Below, piece after piece: positions 37,523-46,515 of a stretch of DNA of 64,000 nt; position 1 is the first letter of the stretch, and each line of letters begins with the position of its first letter. Made by a program: the position numbers and the translations under genes. Below the pieces are notes generated by a model. That model had not been told where the DNA came from and searched no databases. It saw only the letters and a program-made list of their open reading frames with translations. Source of the DNA: Vulcanimicrobiota bacterium (GTDB lineage Bacteria > Vulcanimicrobiota > Vulcanimicrobiia > Vulcanimicrobiales > Vulcanimicrobiaceae); contig CAVTCS010000003.1 of NCBI GenBank assembly GCA_963733295.1, forward strand, positions 1,344,001 to 1,408,000, read 5' to 3'.

Positions 37523-38925
37523 TCTACGTACCGTCGGAGGAAGGTTCGCGCCGCGCTTTCGTGTTCGACGACCGGTTCGGGATACGCCGTCCCATCGAAC
37601 AAGGGCAACGCGATTTGACGTCTGCGCTGCGCTGAAGCGGGGTCGAGGACGTCGGAGTCCGGCACCGCGGCCAGTTCGGAAACCCAGCGGCGCACGTAGA
37701 TTCCTCGCGGATCGAGCGCGCGCGCTTGTTTGCGCGGATTGTAGATGCGCGGAAACTGCGCTAAGTCGGCTCCCACGCCCGCGACCCATTGCCAGTTGCC
37801 TCCGGCCAGGGCTGGTGCGTCCTCGATGAGGTGACGTTCCCACTCGTCGCGCCCGACTCGCCAATCGAGCGCGAGATCGAAGCAGAGGAACGAGGCAGCG
37901 ATCGTGCGCACGCGCGGATGCATCCAACCTGTGGCGTGCAGCTGCCGGATGCCCGCGTCGACGAGGGGATAGCCGGTTCGGCCTTCGTTCCAGGCTTCGA
38001 GAGCCGGATGACGGCGCGCCGCCGGAAAAGCCGCCATGTTCGCCTGCAGCGGACGGTCCGGCGCGTCTTCGAAAAACCACGCCAGCTGCAGGAAAAAGTC
38101 GCGCTGCGCGATCGCGCGCGTGAGCAAACGCAACGACAGGCGCTCCTCCGCCAGCAAGAACGGATCGCTCAGACGCTCGTCGATGCGAGCCAGAATCGTC
38201 CGTGCCGACAGCGTCCCGAAGGCGAGGTGTTCGGAGAAACGCGAGGTCGTTTCGGCGGGCACGTTGCGCGCGACGGCGTAATGCAGGCCGGGACCTTCGA
38301 GATACCGGTCGAGCGCGGCAAGCGCGCGTTCTTCGGAGGGATCGTCGGCCTTCGGCACCACGCCGAACTCGACGTGCGTCGGCGGTGCGTCGGAACGCAC
38401 CTCGCTTCGGACCAAGCGCACGGGCGGCGCCAGCGGCGCGCGCGGCTGAGCCTGCCAGACGGCGATATACGGCACGAGCGCGCGGTAGCCGCGGCCGCCG
38501 TCGGAGCTCCGGGCTGCCGCGGTCTCATCGGGTGGAAGCGCAGGCGCGTCGTGCGCGACGACGACCCGGAAGCCGGCTTCTTCGAGCGTTGACTGCAATT
38601 GACGTTGCTGCTCGAGCGTCGCCGCGTCGTACGCGGCCGACCAGACCACAGCCTCGGCCCCGACTTCGCGCGCGAGCTGCTTGACCGTCGCGAGGAGCGC
38701 GCCGCGCCTCACGATCAGCCGCGAACCGCGCGCCGCCAACGAGGACGCGAGCGCAGCGACCGCGCCGCAGTAGAAGCTCGCTCGTCGCGGCGATCGCGCG
38801 ATGCGCTCGCGCGTCGCCGGGTCGAAGACCAGCGCGGGAACGACGGCACCGAAGCGCCCCGCCTCCGCGAGCCCTATGTGATCCCCTACGCGAAGATCGC
38901 GCGCAAAAAGAAAGAGCGCAGCTAC
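37498..38925 (-). CDS. Photolyase/cryptochrome family protein with degenerate motifs and no canonical start for its N-terminus
   Basis: FARDLRVGDH (upstream of the track start 38739), TSRFS..LAFG.LS, GRTGYPLVDAG.RQL..TGWMH, GNWQW, RIYNP. Confidence 0.82.
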   Translation of the reverse strand, partial: VAALFLFARDLRVGDHIGLAEAGRFGAVVPALVFDPATRERIARSPRRASFYCGAVAALASSLAARGSRLIVRRGALLATVKQLAREVGAEAVVWSAAYDAATLEQQRQLQSTLEEAGFRVVVAHDAPALPPDETAAARSSDGGRGYRALVPYIAVWQAQPRAPLAPPVRLVRSEVRSDAPPTHVEFGVVPKADDPSEERALAALDRYLEGPGLHYAVARNVPAETTSRFSEHLAFGTLSARTILARIDERLSDPFLLAEERLSLRLLTRAIAQRDFFLQLAWFFEDAPDRPLQANMAAFPAARRHPALEAWNEGRTGYPLVDAGIRQLHATGWMHPRVRTIAASFLCFDLALDWRVGRDEWERHLIEDAPALAGGNWQWVAGVGADLAQFPRIYNPRKQARALDPRGIYVRRWVSELAAVPDSDVLDPASAQRRRQIALPLFDGTAYPEPVVEHESAARTFLRRYVDYRARAVS

Positions 38926-39278
38926 AGCGACTCCATGTAGGCCGCCACGTTATCGACGTCCTTCTCCCCGAGCGTGCCGGGGTAAAGTTCCGGCATCGGC
39001 GGACTGGGATGCTTGATCCAAGCTACTGCCGCCGCATAGTTCTTCCGCGACCTCTCGTTCTTGAGCGACGGACCGATGCCACCCTCGCCGTTCGCGCCAT
39101 GGCAGCCGGCACAGTTCTCTGCGAAGACGGTTTGTCCGAGTACGCCGTCCTGCGCTGCGGTCGATTTGCTTGCACCGGCTGCGTCGCTCGCGACGCCGCG
39201 ATTTGCGCTCGAGCATCCCCCGAAGGCTACGCTCGCCAGCGCGCACGCAACGGCGACGGTCATCAAGCGCTTCAGCAA
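38922..39278 (-). CDS. Monoheme cytochrome c lipoprotein
   Basis: Signal peptide with FGGC lipobox, CAGCH heme motif, GIGPSL, PPMP axial Met. Confidence 0.88.
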   Translation of the reverse strand: MLKRLMTVAVACALASVAFGGCSSANRGVASDAAGASKSTAAQDGVLGQTVFAENCAGCHGANGEGGIGPSLKNERSRKNYAAAVAWIKHPSPPMPELYPGTLGEKDVDNVAAYMESL

Positions 39279-39389
39279 CGACTCCTACGGCAAAAAGTGG
39301 ACGGAACGGTCCGCGCTTTTCTTCGGCTCGAATCGGTGGTGCCCATGCTCGCGCCGCGGTCGGCGCGACACGAACCTACCGCAAAGAAC

Positions 39390-40058
39390 TCAGCGAGGCT
39401 GGTCGGCTCGCGTCGTTTCGCAGGCGGCGGGCGGCCCGAGGTCCGAGCCGCGATCGCAGAGCAGGAACCGTTCCTCCGCGACGTCGCGCGAGGCGGTCAC
39501 CGCGGCGGGTTGTACGAGTCCCGCGAGAACGTCTGGAACGTCGCCGAGACGGCCGCCGGCGTCGCGCGCGTGAGCACGCGATGTACGTCTCGGGATCGCC
39601 GCGGTAAGCGGACGCTGGATATAATGCGGAACGGCTGAGACGAGCGCGCCCGAGCGCACCGGTTCCCGCCCGATCCGGGGCGCTGCCGCCGCCTGCGGAA
39701 GGGGCCGGCTCGCTTCTTCGAAGCGATCGTACAAGCGATCGGCAAAGCCCGAAGCCACAGCGAGGTTGAGAACAATGGAAAGCCCGGCGGCGTATCCGAG
39801 CGCCCCGAACGTCCGGCGCACGTTCTTCGAGCGCGTCTCACGGATGCGCGCCAGCAATGGGTCGCCTACCTCGGGGCGCCAGCTCTCCGCGTCGCGCGCG
39901 GAGCGCAGCCGCTCGAGCGGAGAATTCGTTCCCGCGTCGTCATCGCACATCGTGCACGCCGCTGCATGCTCGGCGAAGGCCGAGCGCTCCGCAGCGTTCG
40001 CTTCACCCAATGCGACCGCGCCTGCGAGTGCCTCGAAGGCTGCGTGCTCGCGGCTCAC
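39390..40058 (-). CDS. Putative zinc-binding anti-sigma factor (HxxxCxxC + one TM helix)
   Basis: HAAACTMC, one TM segment, GTGA-coupled to the ECF sigma gene. Confidence 0.68.
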   Translation of the reverse strand: MSREHAAFEALAGAVALGEANAAERSAFAEHAAACTMCDDDAGTNSPLERLRSARDAESWRPEVGDPLLARIRETRSKNVRRTFGALGYAAGLSIVLNLAVASGFADRLYDRFEEASRPLPQAAAAPRIGREPVRSGALVSAVPHYIQRPLTAAIPRRTSRAHARDAGGRLGDVPDVLAGLVQPAAVTASRDVAEERFLLCDRGSDLGPPAACETTRADQPR

Positions 40059-40654
40059 GGCGTTTCCCCGAGCGTGCGTCGCATCGTGCGCATGGCGCGG
40101 CAAACCCTTTGGCGTACCGCCTCGGCGCTTATCCCCAGGATGAGCGAAGCTTCGGCCGACGAGTATCCGGCGTACGCGGTCAGCATCACCGACTCGAGCT
40201 GTTCGGGCGCGAGCGCATCGAGCGCGCGCTGAAGATCGAGCGAAGCTGCCGATTGCTCGTCCAAGCGGAACGCGGAACGCGCCTCTTCGAGCGGGAGCGT
40301 CTCGCCGCGCCGCTTCTTCTTACGAAGGTGCGTCAGGGCATGGTTCGTGGCCGTCTTGTAAAGCCAGCCGGCCGTGAGCGGCCGGCGCGGGTCGGCGCGC
40401 AGCATCCGGAAAGCGGCAAAAAAGACGTCCTGAACGACGTCCAGCGCCAACTCTTGCTCTCCCACGAAGCGCCGGACGTAACGCGCGAGCTTCACTTGAT
40501 GCTCGCTGACCAAGCGTTCGATTCGAGCTTCCGCTTCGAGCGTCGAGTCGACGCCGAGGACGAAGACGCTATCCATTCCGGCTCCCACGGCGAGGGGCTG
40601 CTCTGGTAACGTAGCAGGGCGTGCGTTCGTGACCGATTCCCTCCAAAGCCTCAC
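40055..40654 (-). CDS. ECF RNA polymerase sigma factor (start uncertain)
   Basis: DVVQDVF, WLYKTATN, YSSAEAS.ILGIS...VRQR..RA. Confidence 0.88.
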   Translation of the reverse strand: MRLWRESVTNARPATLPEQPLAVGAGMDSVFVLGVDSTLEAEARIERLVSEHQVKLARYVRRFVGEQELALDVVQDVFFAAFRMLRADPRRPLTAGWLYKTATNHALTHLRKKKRRGETLPLEEARSAFRLDEQSAASLDLQRALDALAPEQLESVMLTAYAGYSSAEASLILGISAEAVRQRVCRAMRTMRRTLGETP

Positions 40655-40686
40655 TTTGCGCCCGGCGACCGGATTCCGTTCCGGCG

Positions 40687-41349
40687 CTACTTCTCGTCGA
40701 AGACCGAGTCGGCGATCTGAACGTTGAGCTGATAGTTCGAGAAGGCCGAGGTCACGTCGGCCTTATAGGACGGGAGTTCGACGTGTCCCGTCTGTTTCTG
40801 GGGCAGCAAGTTGCCCGAAATCGTTTCAAAGGTTTGCTCGAACGTGATGAAGCCGCCGTCCTTATAGGTCCACGTGTACCCCTTGATCGTCGCGTTCGAG
40901 TCGTCGACCTTGACGTCGAGGTGTTCGACGCGGCCGTTCTTCTTGGGGACGAGCCGGAAGACGGTCTGGGTTCCGTCGTCGGAGAGTTGTGTCACGTCAT
41001 AGATGCGCAGCCAGTTGGCCGCCGCGTCCACGCGGGGATAGACCTTCTTGAACTGACTCGCGAGCGAGGGGACCGTATCGAAGACGACCGCTTCTTTGTC
41101 GGGCTGCTTGAAGTACACGTTTCCGTCGAGCGACGGGTTGAGCGGCACGAACGATTTGAGCGCGACGTCAAGATGAATGGTCGCCTTGTACGTCTTCAGC
41201 GTCGGGTTGAGGTTCACCATGCGGCGCAGGAGCGGGCTCGCATCGAGGGACTCAATCGGGACGGGTGAACTCTCAGGTGCCGAGAGTACGGGCATGCCGC
41301 TCGCCAAGAGGGCTGCGAGAACGATTCCGATTCGAAGCTGAGCCATCAC
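40687..41349 (-). CDS. Exported LolA-like/lipoprotein-sorting fold protein
   Basis: Signal peptide; G.VYFKQPDK, FRLVPK, F.NYQLN..IADSVF. Confidence 0.6.
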   Translation of the reverse strand: MMAQLRIGIVLAALLASGMPVLSAPESSPVPIESLDASPLLRRMVNLNPTLKTYKATIHLDVALKSFVPLNPSLDGNVYFKQPDKEAVVFDTVPSLASQFKKVYPRVDAAANWLRIYDVTQLSDDGTQTVFRLVPKKNGRVEHLDVKVDDSNATIKGYTWTYKDGGFITFEQTFETISGNLLPQKQTGHVELPSYKADVTSAFSNYQLNVQIADSVFDEK

Positions 41350-41368
41350 AACATAGTCTCCCGTAGGC

Positions 41369-42517
41369 TCAACGCCTCACCGCCCGTGAAGGTTTCCAGC
41401 GCTCCAACGCCCAGCCGATCTCAGATCGGACTTCGCCGTCGCTTTCTTGGACGAAACGAGCGGACAAAGCAGCGAGCGCCCGTGGCGACCCGATCCGTCC
41501 CAGCGCCCAAGCCGCGTGCCCGCGAACCATCGGGTGCGGGTCCGCCGCGAGCGCTCGCTCGAGAGCCGGCACGCTGGCGCGGTCCAGCGCGTTCCCGAGC
41601 GCGACCGCGGCGTTTCGCCGCAACACCGCCGCGCCGCGCCAGCCCATTGCGCTGCGCGCGTAGCTTCGTTTGAATTCGGAGCTGCGCAGCGCGAGCAGAC
41701 GAGTCAGATCCGGAAACGCCGCCGCAACGCCGGCAGCTGCAAACGCGGGCGCGCCTCGCGTTTGAGCGCGTCGCGTCGGAGGGCATACGTCTTGACACAG
41801 ATCGCATCCCCAAATCCAATCGCCGACGAGCGGACGCAACTCGAGCGGAATCGAATCCTTCCGCTGAGTCAGATCCGAGATGCAACGCGTCGCGTCGATC
41901 GTGAAGTCACCACGCAACGCTCCCGTCGGGCAGACCGTCACGCAGCGCGTGCAACTTCCGCAACTTTTCTTGAGCGGAACGCCGGCCTCGAGTTCGAGCG
42001 TCGTCACGATCTCTCCCAAGAATACGAACGACCCGTGGCCCGGCACGATCAGGTTGGTGTGTTTGCCGATCCAGCCTAAACCGGCTCGTTCCGCAAACGC
42101 CCGCTCCGCCAACGGCGCCGTGTCGCAGGCGACTCGCGTTACGCAAGCACCGGCGCGAGCGTCGAGCGCCGACGCGACCAGCCCGAGGATGCGGCGCACG
42201 TCGCGGTGATAGTCGCCCGCCCACGCGTAGTTCGACACGCGACCCGCGAGCTTTGCGTTCCGCTGCGGCGCGGGGTTCGCGTAGGCGATCGCGAGGCAGA
42301 TCACGCTGCGCGCGCCTTCCAGAAGCTGTTCGGGCTGCGTCGCCGTCGCCGCGTACCTCGCGTCGTAGTTCCAGGTTGCGAAATCGCCGCGCGCAAAAGC
42401 CGCGCGCATGCGCGCGTCCGCCGCCCCGTCGGGACGGGCTGCGCTGACTGCGACCGCCGAAGCCCCCGCCGCGAGCGCGGTTCGAACCACGAACTCTTTA
42501 TCCGAACGCGCACTCAC
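41369..42517 (-). CDS. queG: tRNA epoxyqueuosine(34) reductase
   Basis: VSNYAW.GDYH, DTAPLAER..A.RAGLGWIGK, CGSCTRC..VCPT, RCIS, WGCDLCQ.VCP, HEAT-like tail. Confidence 0.93.
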   Translation of the reverse strand: MSARSDKEFVVRTALAAGASAVAVSAARPDGAADARMRAAFARGDFATWNYDARYAATATQPEQLLEGARSVICLAIAYANPAPQRNAKLAGRVSNYAWAGDYHRDVRRILGLVASALDARAGACVTRVACDTAPLAERAFAERAGLGWIGKHTNLIVPGHGSFVFLGEIVTTLELEAGVPLKKSCGSCTRCVTVCPTGALRGDFTIDATRCISDLTQRKDSIPLELRPLVGDWIWGCDLCQDVCPPTRRAQTRGAPAFAAAGVAAAFPDLTRLLALRSSEFKRSYARSAMGWRGAAVLRRNAAVALGNALDRASVPALERALAADPHPMVRGHAAWALGRIGSPRALAALSARFVQESDGEVRSEIGWALERWKPSRAVRR

Positions 42518-43704
42518 GATTGCACGAGACGTTCGACGATCGCGCCGGCAGCCGCGTTGATCCGCGGCCAATCCTTTGCCGCCGGGACGCGCAAGGCGGC
42601 GCGCAAGCGATCGAGTCCAGGGACGGAAGCGTCGGCGTCGTCGAAACGTTCCACCTGGCTTCGGAACGTGTTGCTAAACTTGACGTCGCGATAGACATCG
42701 GCGTTGAAGGCGAGCTGGGCACTCAGCTGTCCGACGAGCAGGGCTCGAAGGGTGCCTTGGTCGAGGTGGCGCTGCACGGCGATGAGCTTCTCGATCGCCC
42801 CGCCGGACCGGTACAGCCGGTCGATCTCGGGCCCCACGGCGAAATCCGCGCGCAGCGCTTGCAAGCGCGTCGCGTCGACCGGCGACGTCTCGATCAGTCG
42901 TACGAACGTCTCGTCGACGAAGTGTTGCGCGTCCGGCTGGGCGAGCATTCGCGGCACTTCGGAGAGCTCCATGAGGGTCGCGACCGCCACGCCGAGCTGC
43001 GCGTCGCCGCGGCGGCCCTGCGCGTAAGCGATGTGCGGAAAGGCCTGCGGGGGAAACGTCGCAGCGAGTGTTTTGACGATCGCAGCCTGATAGGTGAGGG
43101 CCTGATCGACGGGCAAGCCGAGCGGAACGGTCCCCTTGGGATCGGGCGTGACGTGCGCTTCCGCATCCACGATGGCGTCCGGCACGAGCGACCGAAAGCT
43201 TCCGGCGGCCCCTGCGTCGCGTGCTAGCGCAAGGGCGTTCGGTAGGGCCATGACTTGATGCACTTGATCGAGGGCAGCGGGCACTTCGACCGACGCGATG
43301 CCGGCTTCGATGAGCCAGGCCGCGTGCGCATCCTTGAGACGCTCGGGCTCGGCGACGAACGTGGTGTCGATCTCGCCGTAACGCATGTCCAACTTCGCGA
43401 AGTAGCCGTTCGCAAAAGCCGCTCGCAGCCGCGCCGCGTCGGCTGCCGGGAATCTCGGAAAACGCGCGAGGAAACGGTCGAGATCGCGCGAGCAGCGCGG
43501 CCGTTCGAGCACGATCGCACACACCTGAGGGTACTGGAACACCAGAACCGTTCGCGCGCTGGCGCGCCCGGTTTCGTACGCCTCGCGTTCGCTTTGAGTC
43601 GGCACGATGCTTTGCGCGGCGGCGGGTTGCGGTTGCGCGCAACACAGCACGCAAGCGACGAGCGCCCAAGCCGGCGCGCGTCTAAAAGACGTCGAAGGCG
43701 GCAT
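42514..43704 (-). CDS. Hypothetical exported protein
   Basis: Long codirectional ORF filling the moeB-queG gap; signal-like N-terminus; TGA overlaps the queG GTG. Confidence 0.6.
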   Translation of the reverse strand: MPPSTSFRRAPAWALVACVLCCAQPQPAAAQSIVPTQSEREAYETGRASARTVLVFQYPQVCAIVLERPRCSRDLDRFLARFPRFPAADAARLRAAFANGYFAKLDMRYGEIDTTFVAEPERLKDAHAAWLIEAGIASVEVPAALDQVHQVMALPNALALARDAGAAGSFRSLVPDAIVDAEAHVTPDPKGTVPLGLPVDQALTYQAAIVKTLAATFPPQAFPHIAYAQGRRGDAQLGVAVATLMELSEVPRMLAQPDAQHFVDETFVRLIETSPVDATRLQALRADFAVGPEIDRLYRSGGAIEKLIAVQRHLDQGTLRALLVGQLSAQLAFNADVYRDVKFSNTFRSQVERFDDADASVPGLDRLRAALRVPAAKDWPRINAAAGAIVERLVQS

Positions 43705-44800
43705 CCAGTGCTCCGTAGGCGAGCAGCCCTCCGTGCAGATGACGCAGCCGCCGAAAACCGGCCTCATGCAAACGTTGCGCAGCCCAGCGCGACACCTGTC
43801 CCAGACGACAGGCGACGACGTAGGTTTGGGCGGAGTCGAGTTCGTGCAAGCGCGCTTCGAGCTGCGTCGCCGGGATGTCGATCGATCCGGCGCGACGGCC
43901 CAGCACCGCTTCGTGCGGTTCGCGCACGTCCAGTAGCAGCGCGCCGGCGGTATCGCTCAAGAAAGCGTCCAGTTCGGCCGCCTCGATCTCCGGTACGCCA
44001 GGCTCGAGCGCCGGCGCCGACTCATCGGTGACGTCGAAGATCGTGCGCGACGCCCCGTGCAGCGGACACGCCGGATCGCTCGCAATCGCAACCTCGCGGA
44101 CTCGGGCGTCCAGAGCGTCGATCAGGAGCAGCCGGCCCGTCAACGGACGGCCAATCGCGAGGATGAACTTCAATGCTTCGTTCGCTTGCCACGTGCCGAC
44201 GAGACCGGCGAGGACTCCGAGCACGCCGCCCTCCGCGCAACTCGGCACGCTGCCGGCAGGCGGCGGCTCCGGAAACAAGCAGCGATAGCACGGACCTTCA
44301 GGGCCAAAAACGCTGACCTGTCCGTCGAAGCGAAAGATCGACCCGTACACGTCCGGTTTGCCCTCGAGACGGCACGCGTCGTTGATGAGATAGCGCGAAG
44401 CGAACGAATCGGTCGCGTCGATCACGACGTCGTACAGACGGATCAATTCACGGGCGTTGCTCGCGTCGAGGCGCAGCGCGATCGGATCGGCCACGACCCC
44501 AGGATTGATCGCGACGACGCGCTCGGCGGCTGCGGCGGCCTTCGGCCGGCCGATGTCCGAGGTCGCGTAGATGACTTGCCGCTGCAGGTTCGTCTCGTCG
44601 ACGTGGTCGTCGTCGACGATGCCGATGCGTCCGATACCCGCCGCGGCCAAATATTGCAGCACGGGCGTTCCAAGGCCTCCGGCGCCGACGCACAAGACTC
44701 GCGCGCGCGCGAGCTTCTCTTGTCCGGCGAGCCCGACTTCCGGGATCAACAGATGACGGCTGTAGCGCCGCAGCTCGCGCCGTCCGGCCAGCGTGCTCAT
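43682..44800 (-). CDS. moeB: Molybdopterin-synthase adenylyltransferase with C-terminal rhodanese domain (MoeB/MoeZ)
   Basis: RYSRHL, GAGGLG, NLQRQ, CYRCLFPEPP, SCAEGGVLG, LLDVRE, CRLGQVS. Confidence 0.92.
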   Translation of the reverse strand: MSTLAGRRELRRYSRHLLIPEVGLAGQEKLARARVLCVGAGGLGTPVLQYLAAAGIGRIGIVDDDHVDETNLQRQVIYATSDIGRPKAAAAAERVVAINPGVVADPIALRLDASNARELIRLYDVVIDATDSFASRYLINDACRLEGKPDVYGSIFRFDGQVSVFGPEGPCYRCLFPEPPPAGSVPSCAEGGVLGVLAGLVGTWQANEALKFILAIGRPLTGRLLLIDALDARVREVAIASDPACPLHGASRTIFDVTDESAPALEPGVPEIEAAELDAFLSDTAGALLLDVREPHEAVLGRRAGSIDIPATQLEARLHELDSAQTYVVACRLGQVSRWAAQRLHEAGFRRLRHLHGGLLAYGALDAAFDVF

Positions 44801-44806
44801 GCTGGA

Positions 44807-44815
44807 AGCATACCA
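44807..44815 (-). promoter_or_regulatory. Extended -10 (TGgTATGCT) 6 nt before the moeB ATG; probable leaderless promoter
   Basis: Spacing places the transcription start at the ATG; no SD visible. Confidence 0.5.
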
Positions 44816-44822
44816 CGCCGCA

Positions 44823-45581
44823 CTAAAGTGCTTCGGCGCGAGCTGGAGGCTCGGCGATCTCCTCGCGCGGGTGCCGCTCGTTGAACCAAGCCAGGACGGT
44901 CGCTCGCGCGTTCTCGCCGGCGTAGGTATGATCGCTATCGATGCTGGCGAAGCTCTTCGGTTCCGGCGCGCGTTCGAAGAGCTCCTCGGCGCTGTCTCGG
45001 GTGACCATCATGTCGCGCTCCGCGGAAACGTAAAGAACCGGTCGTCCGGCCAATCGCGGTAGCGCCGCGCTAAGCCGCGGCGACATCTGTGCCGCCATAT
45101 CGGGAAGCGTCAAACCGTCGACGTAGGCCGAACGCAAATCGACCGTTCCGCGCAGGGACAACGCTTCGAGCGCGCTGGGGCGTCCGAGTCCGGTCGCGAT
45201 CGAGACTGCCCCGGCGACCCTCGGATCGTTCGCCGCCGCAACGAGCGCGGTCGCGGCACCCATGCTATGCCCGAGCGTATAGACGAGCGGCGTGTGGCGT
45301 TCGCGCAAGTACTCGACCGCCCTCGAGAGCGTCGCGAACAAGTCGTCGACGGACTCGAGGCGGCCGCCGCTTGCGCCGAGCTTATGCCCTGGAAAATCGA
45401 CGCTGAGCACGTTGAACCCGTGCGCCGCCAAAAAAGCGCACAACATGTCGAGATTCTGCTTCGAACTCGAGTAGCCGTGGCCGACGGCAATGCCCACCGC
45501 GCGAGCGCGCCGCGGTTCGTAGTCGAGCGCTGCGACGTTTTTGCCCGCGGCGGTCCGCAGCCTCAACAGTTCCAGTTTCAC
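44823..45581 (-). CDS. Alpha/beta hydrolase
   Basis: HGYSS, DFPGH, GHSMG nucleophile elbow, D and H near the C-terminus. Confidence 0.88.
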   Translation of the reverse strand: MKLELLRLRTAAGKNVAALDYEPRRARAVGIAVGHGYSSSKQNLDMLCAFLAAHGFNVLSVDFPGHKLGASGGRLESVDDLFATLSRAVEYLRERHTPLVYTLGHSMGAATALVAAANDPRVAGAVSIATGLGRPSALEALSLRGTVDLRSAYVDGLTLPDMAAQMSPRLSAALPRLAGRPVLYVSAERDMMVTRDSAEELFERAPEPKSFASIDSDHTYAGENARATVLAWFNERHPREEIAEPPARAEAL

Positions 45582-45999
45582 GTCTCGGTCGCGTTGACGC
45601 GCCAGGTAGGGGGCCCTTCGACGTAGTGTTCTTGTTTCCAGATTTGCACCCGGCGCTTGAGCTCGTCGATAACGAACTCGCAGGCGTCGAAAGCAACAGC
45701 GCGGTGCGGCGCCGCGACCGCGACAGCCACCGAGGCTTCACCGAGCGCGAGAACGCCGATGCGATGCGCGACCGCCACGCGGGCCTCCCCAAAGCGGCTC
45801 GCGGCTTCGGAGGCGATGACGCGCATCTCTTGCAACGCCATCTCGGGATAAGCTTGATAGGTCAACCCGGTGACGCGGCGTTCATCGTCCGAGGTCTCGC
45901 GCACGACGCCCAAAAAGGTCACGACGGCACCGCAGGCGTCGCTGCGCACCGCGGCGATCATGCCTCCAGGTCGAGGGGCTGCTCGGTAAGTTCGATCAT
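45578..45999 (-). CDS. moaE: Molybdopterin synthase catalytic subunit, with an apparent 1-nt frameshift near 45961
   Basis: GAVVTFLG.VR, HRIG.L, APHR..AF, IWKQE. The N-terminal MIELTEQPLDLEA is in a different frame. Confidence 0.88.
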
Positions 46000-46009
46000 C
46001 CTAATAATA

Positions 46010-46258
46010 TTAGCCGCCACCGTAGGGCGGAAGCAACGCCAGCTCGTCGTCTTCGCTCAGGCGCGCAAAGCGGTCGACGAGGCTTCCGTTGCGCGCGAGT
46101 CGCGTGGAGCGCTCGAGCTCGGCCAGAGGCGGGAACTCGGCTGCCAGGCCATCCCAGACGGCCCCTGCCGTCGCCCCCTCCGCGACGTCGCGCAGCAGGG
46201 TAGCTTCGCCGCCGAGGAGCTCGCGCAAGCGCGCGAACGCGACGACGCGCACGCGCAT
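46010..46258 (-). CDS. moaD: Molybdopterin synthase sulfur carrier
   Basis: FARLRE, DELALLPPYGGG (C-terminal Gly-Gly). Confidence 0.92.
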   Translation of the reverse strand: MRVRVVAFARLRELLGGEATLLRDVAEGATAGAVWDGLAAEFPPLAELERSTRLARNGSLVDRFARLSEDDELALLPPYGGG

Positions 46259-46515
46259 CAGTAACCGCCGAGATCGGTCGTGTAGTCGCGCGCCGCGAGC
46301 CAGGCGCGCGACTCTTCGTGAAGTCCGAGCAAGTCGATCCGGTTACAGATCAGCTTGTGCAGCATGACTTCCCAAAAGTGCCGGTCCTTGTCGTAGACGT
46401 CCTCCGGAAGAGCGTTGTGCTCGCGCGAGAAGTCGCGCAGACCTTCCCAGTCCCCAGCGGTCAAGATCACGCGCAGCGCAGCCTCGTACTCGAGGCTCGG
46501 TTCCCGCTCGTTCAC
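46258..46515 (-). CDS. Hypothetical protein (85 aa)
   Basis: Overlaps both neighbours' start/stop codons; natural composition. Confidence 0.7.
   Translation of the reverse strand: MNEREPSLEYEAALRVILTAGDWEGLRDFSREHNALPEDVYDKDRHFWEVMLHKLICNRIDLLGLHEESRAWLAARDYTTDLGGY

Noticed and set aside
38922..38945. Cytochrome c-photolyase fusion by frameshift
   Set aside because: The cytochrome is an exported lipoprotein with a normal C-terminus (VAAYMESL); fusion to a cytoplasmic flavoprotein is implausible.
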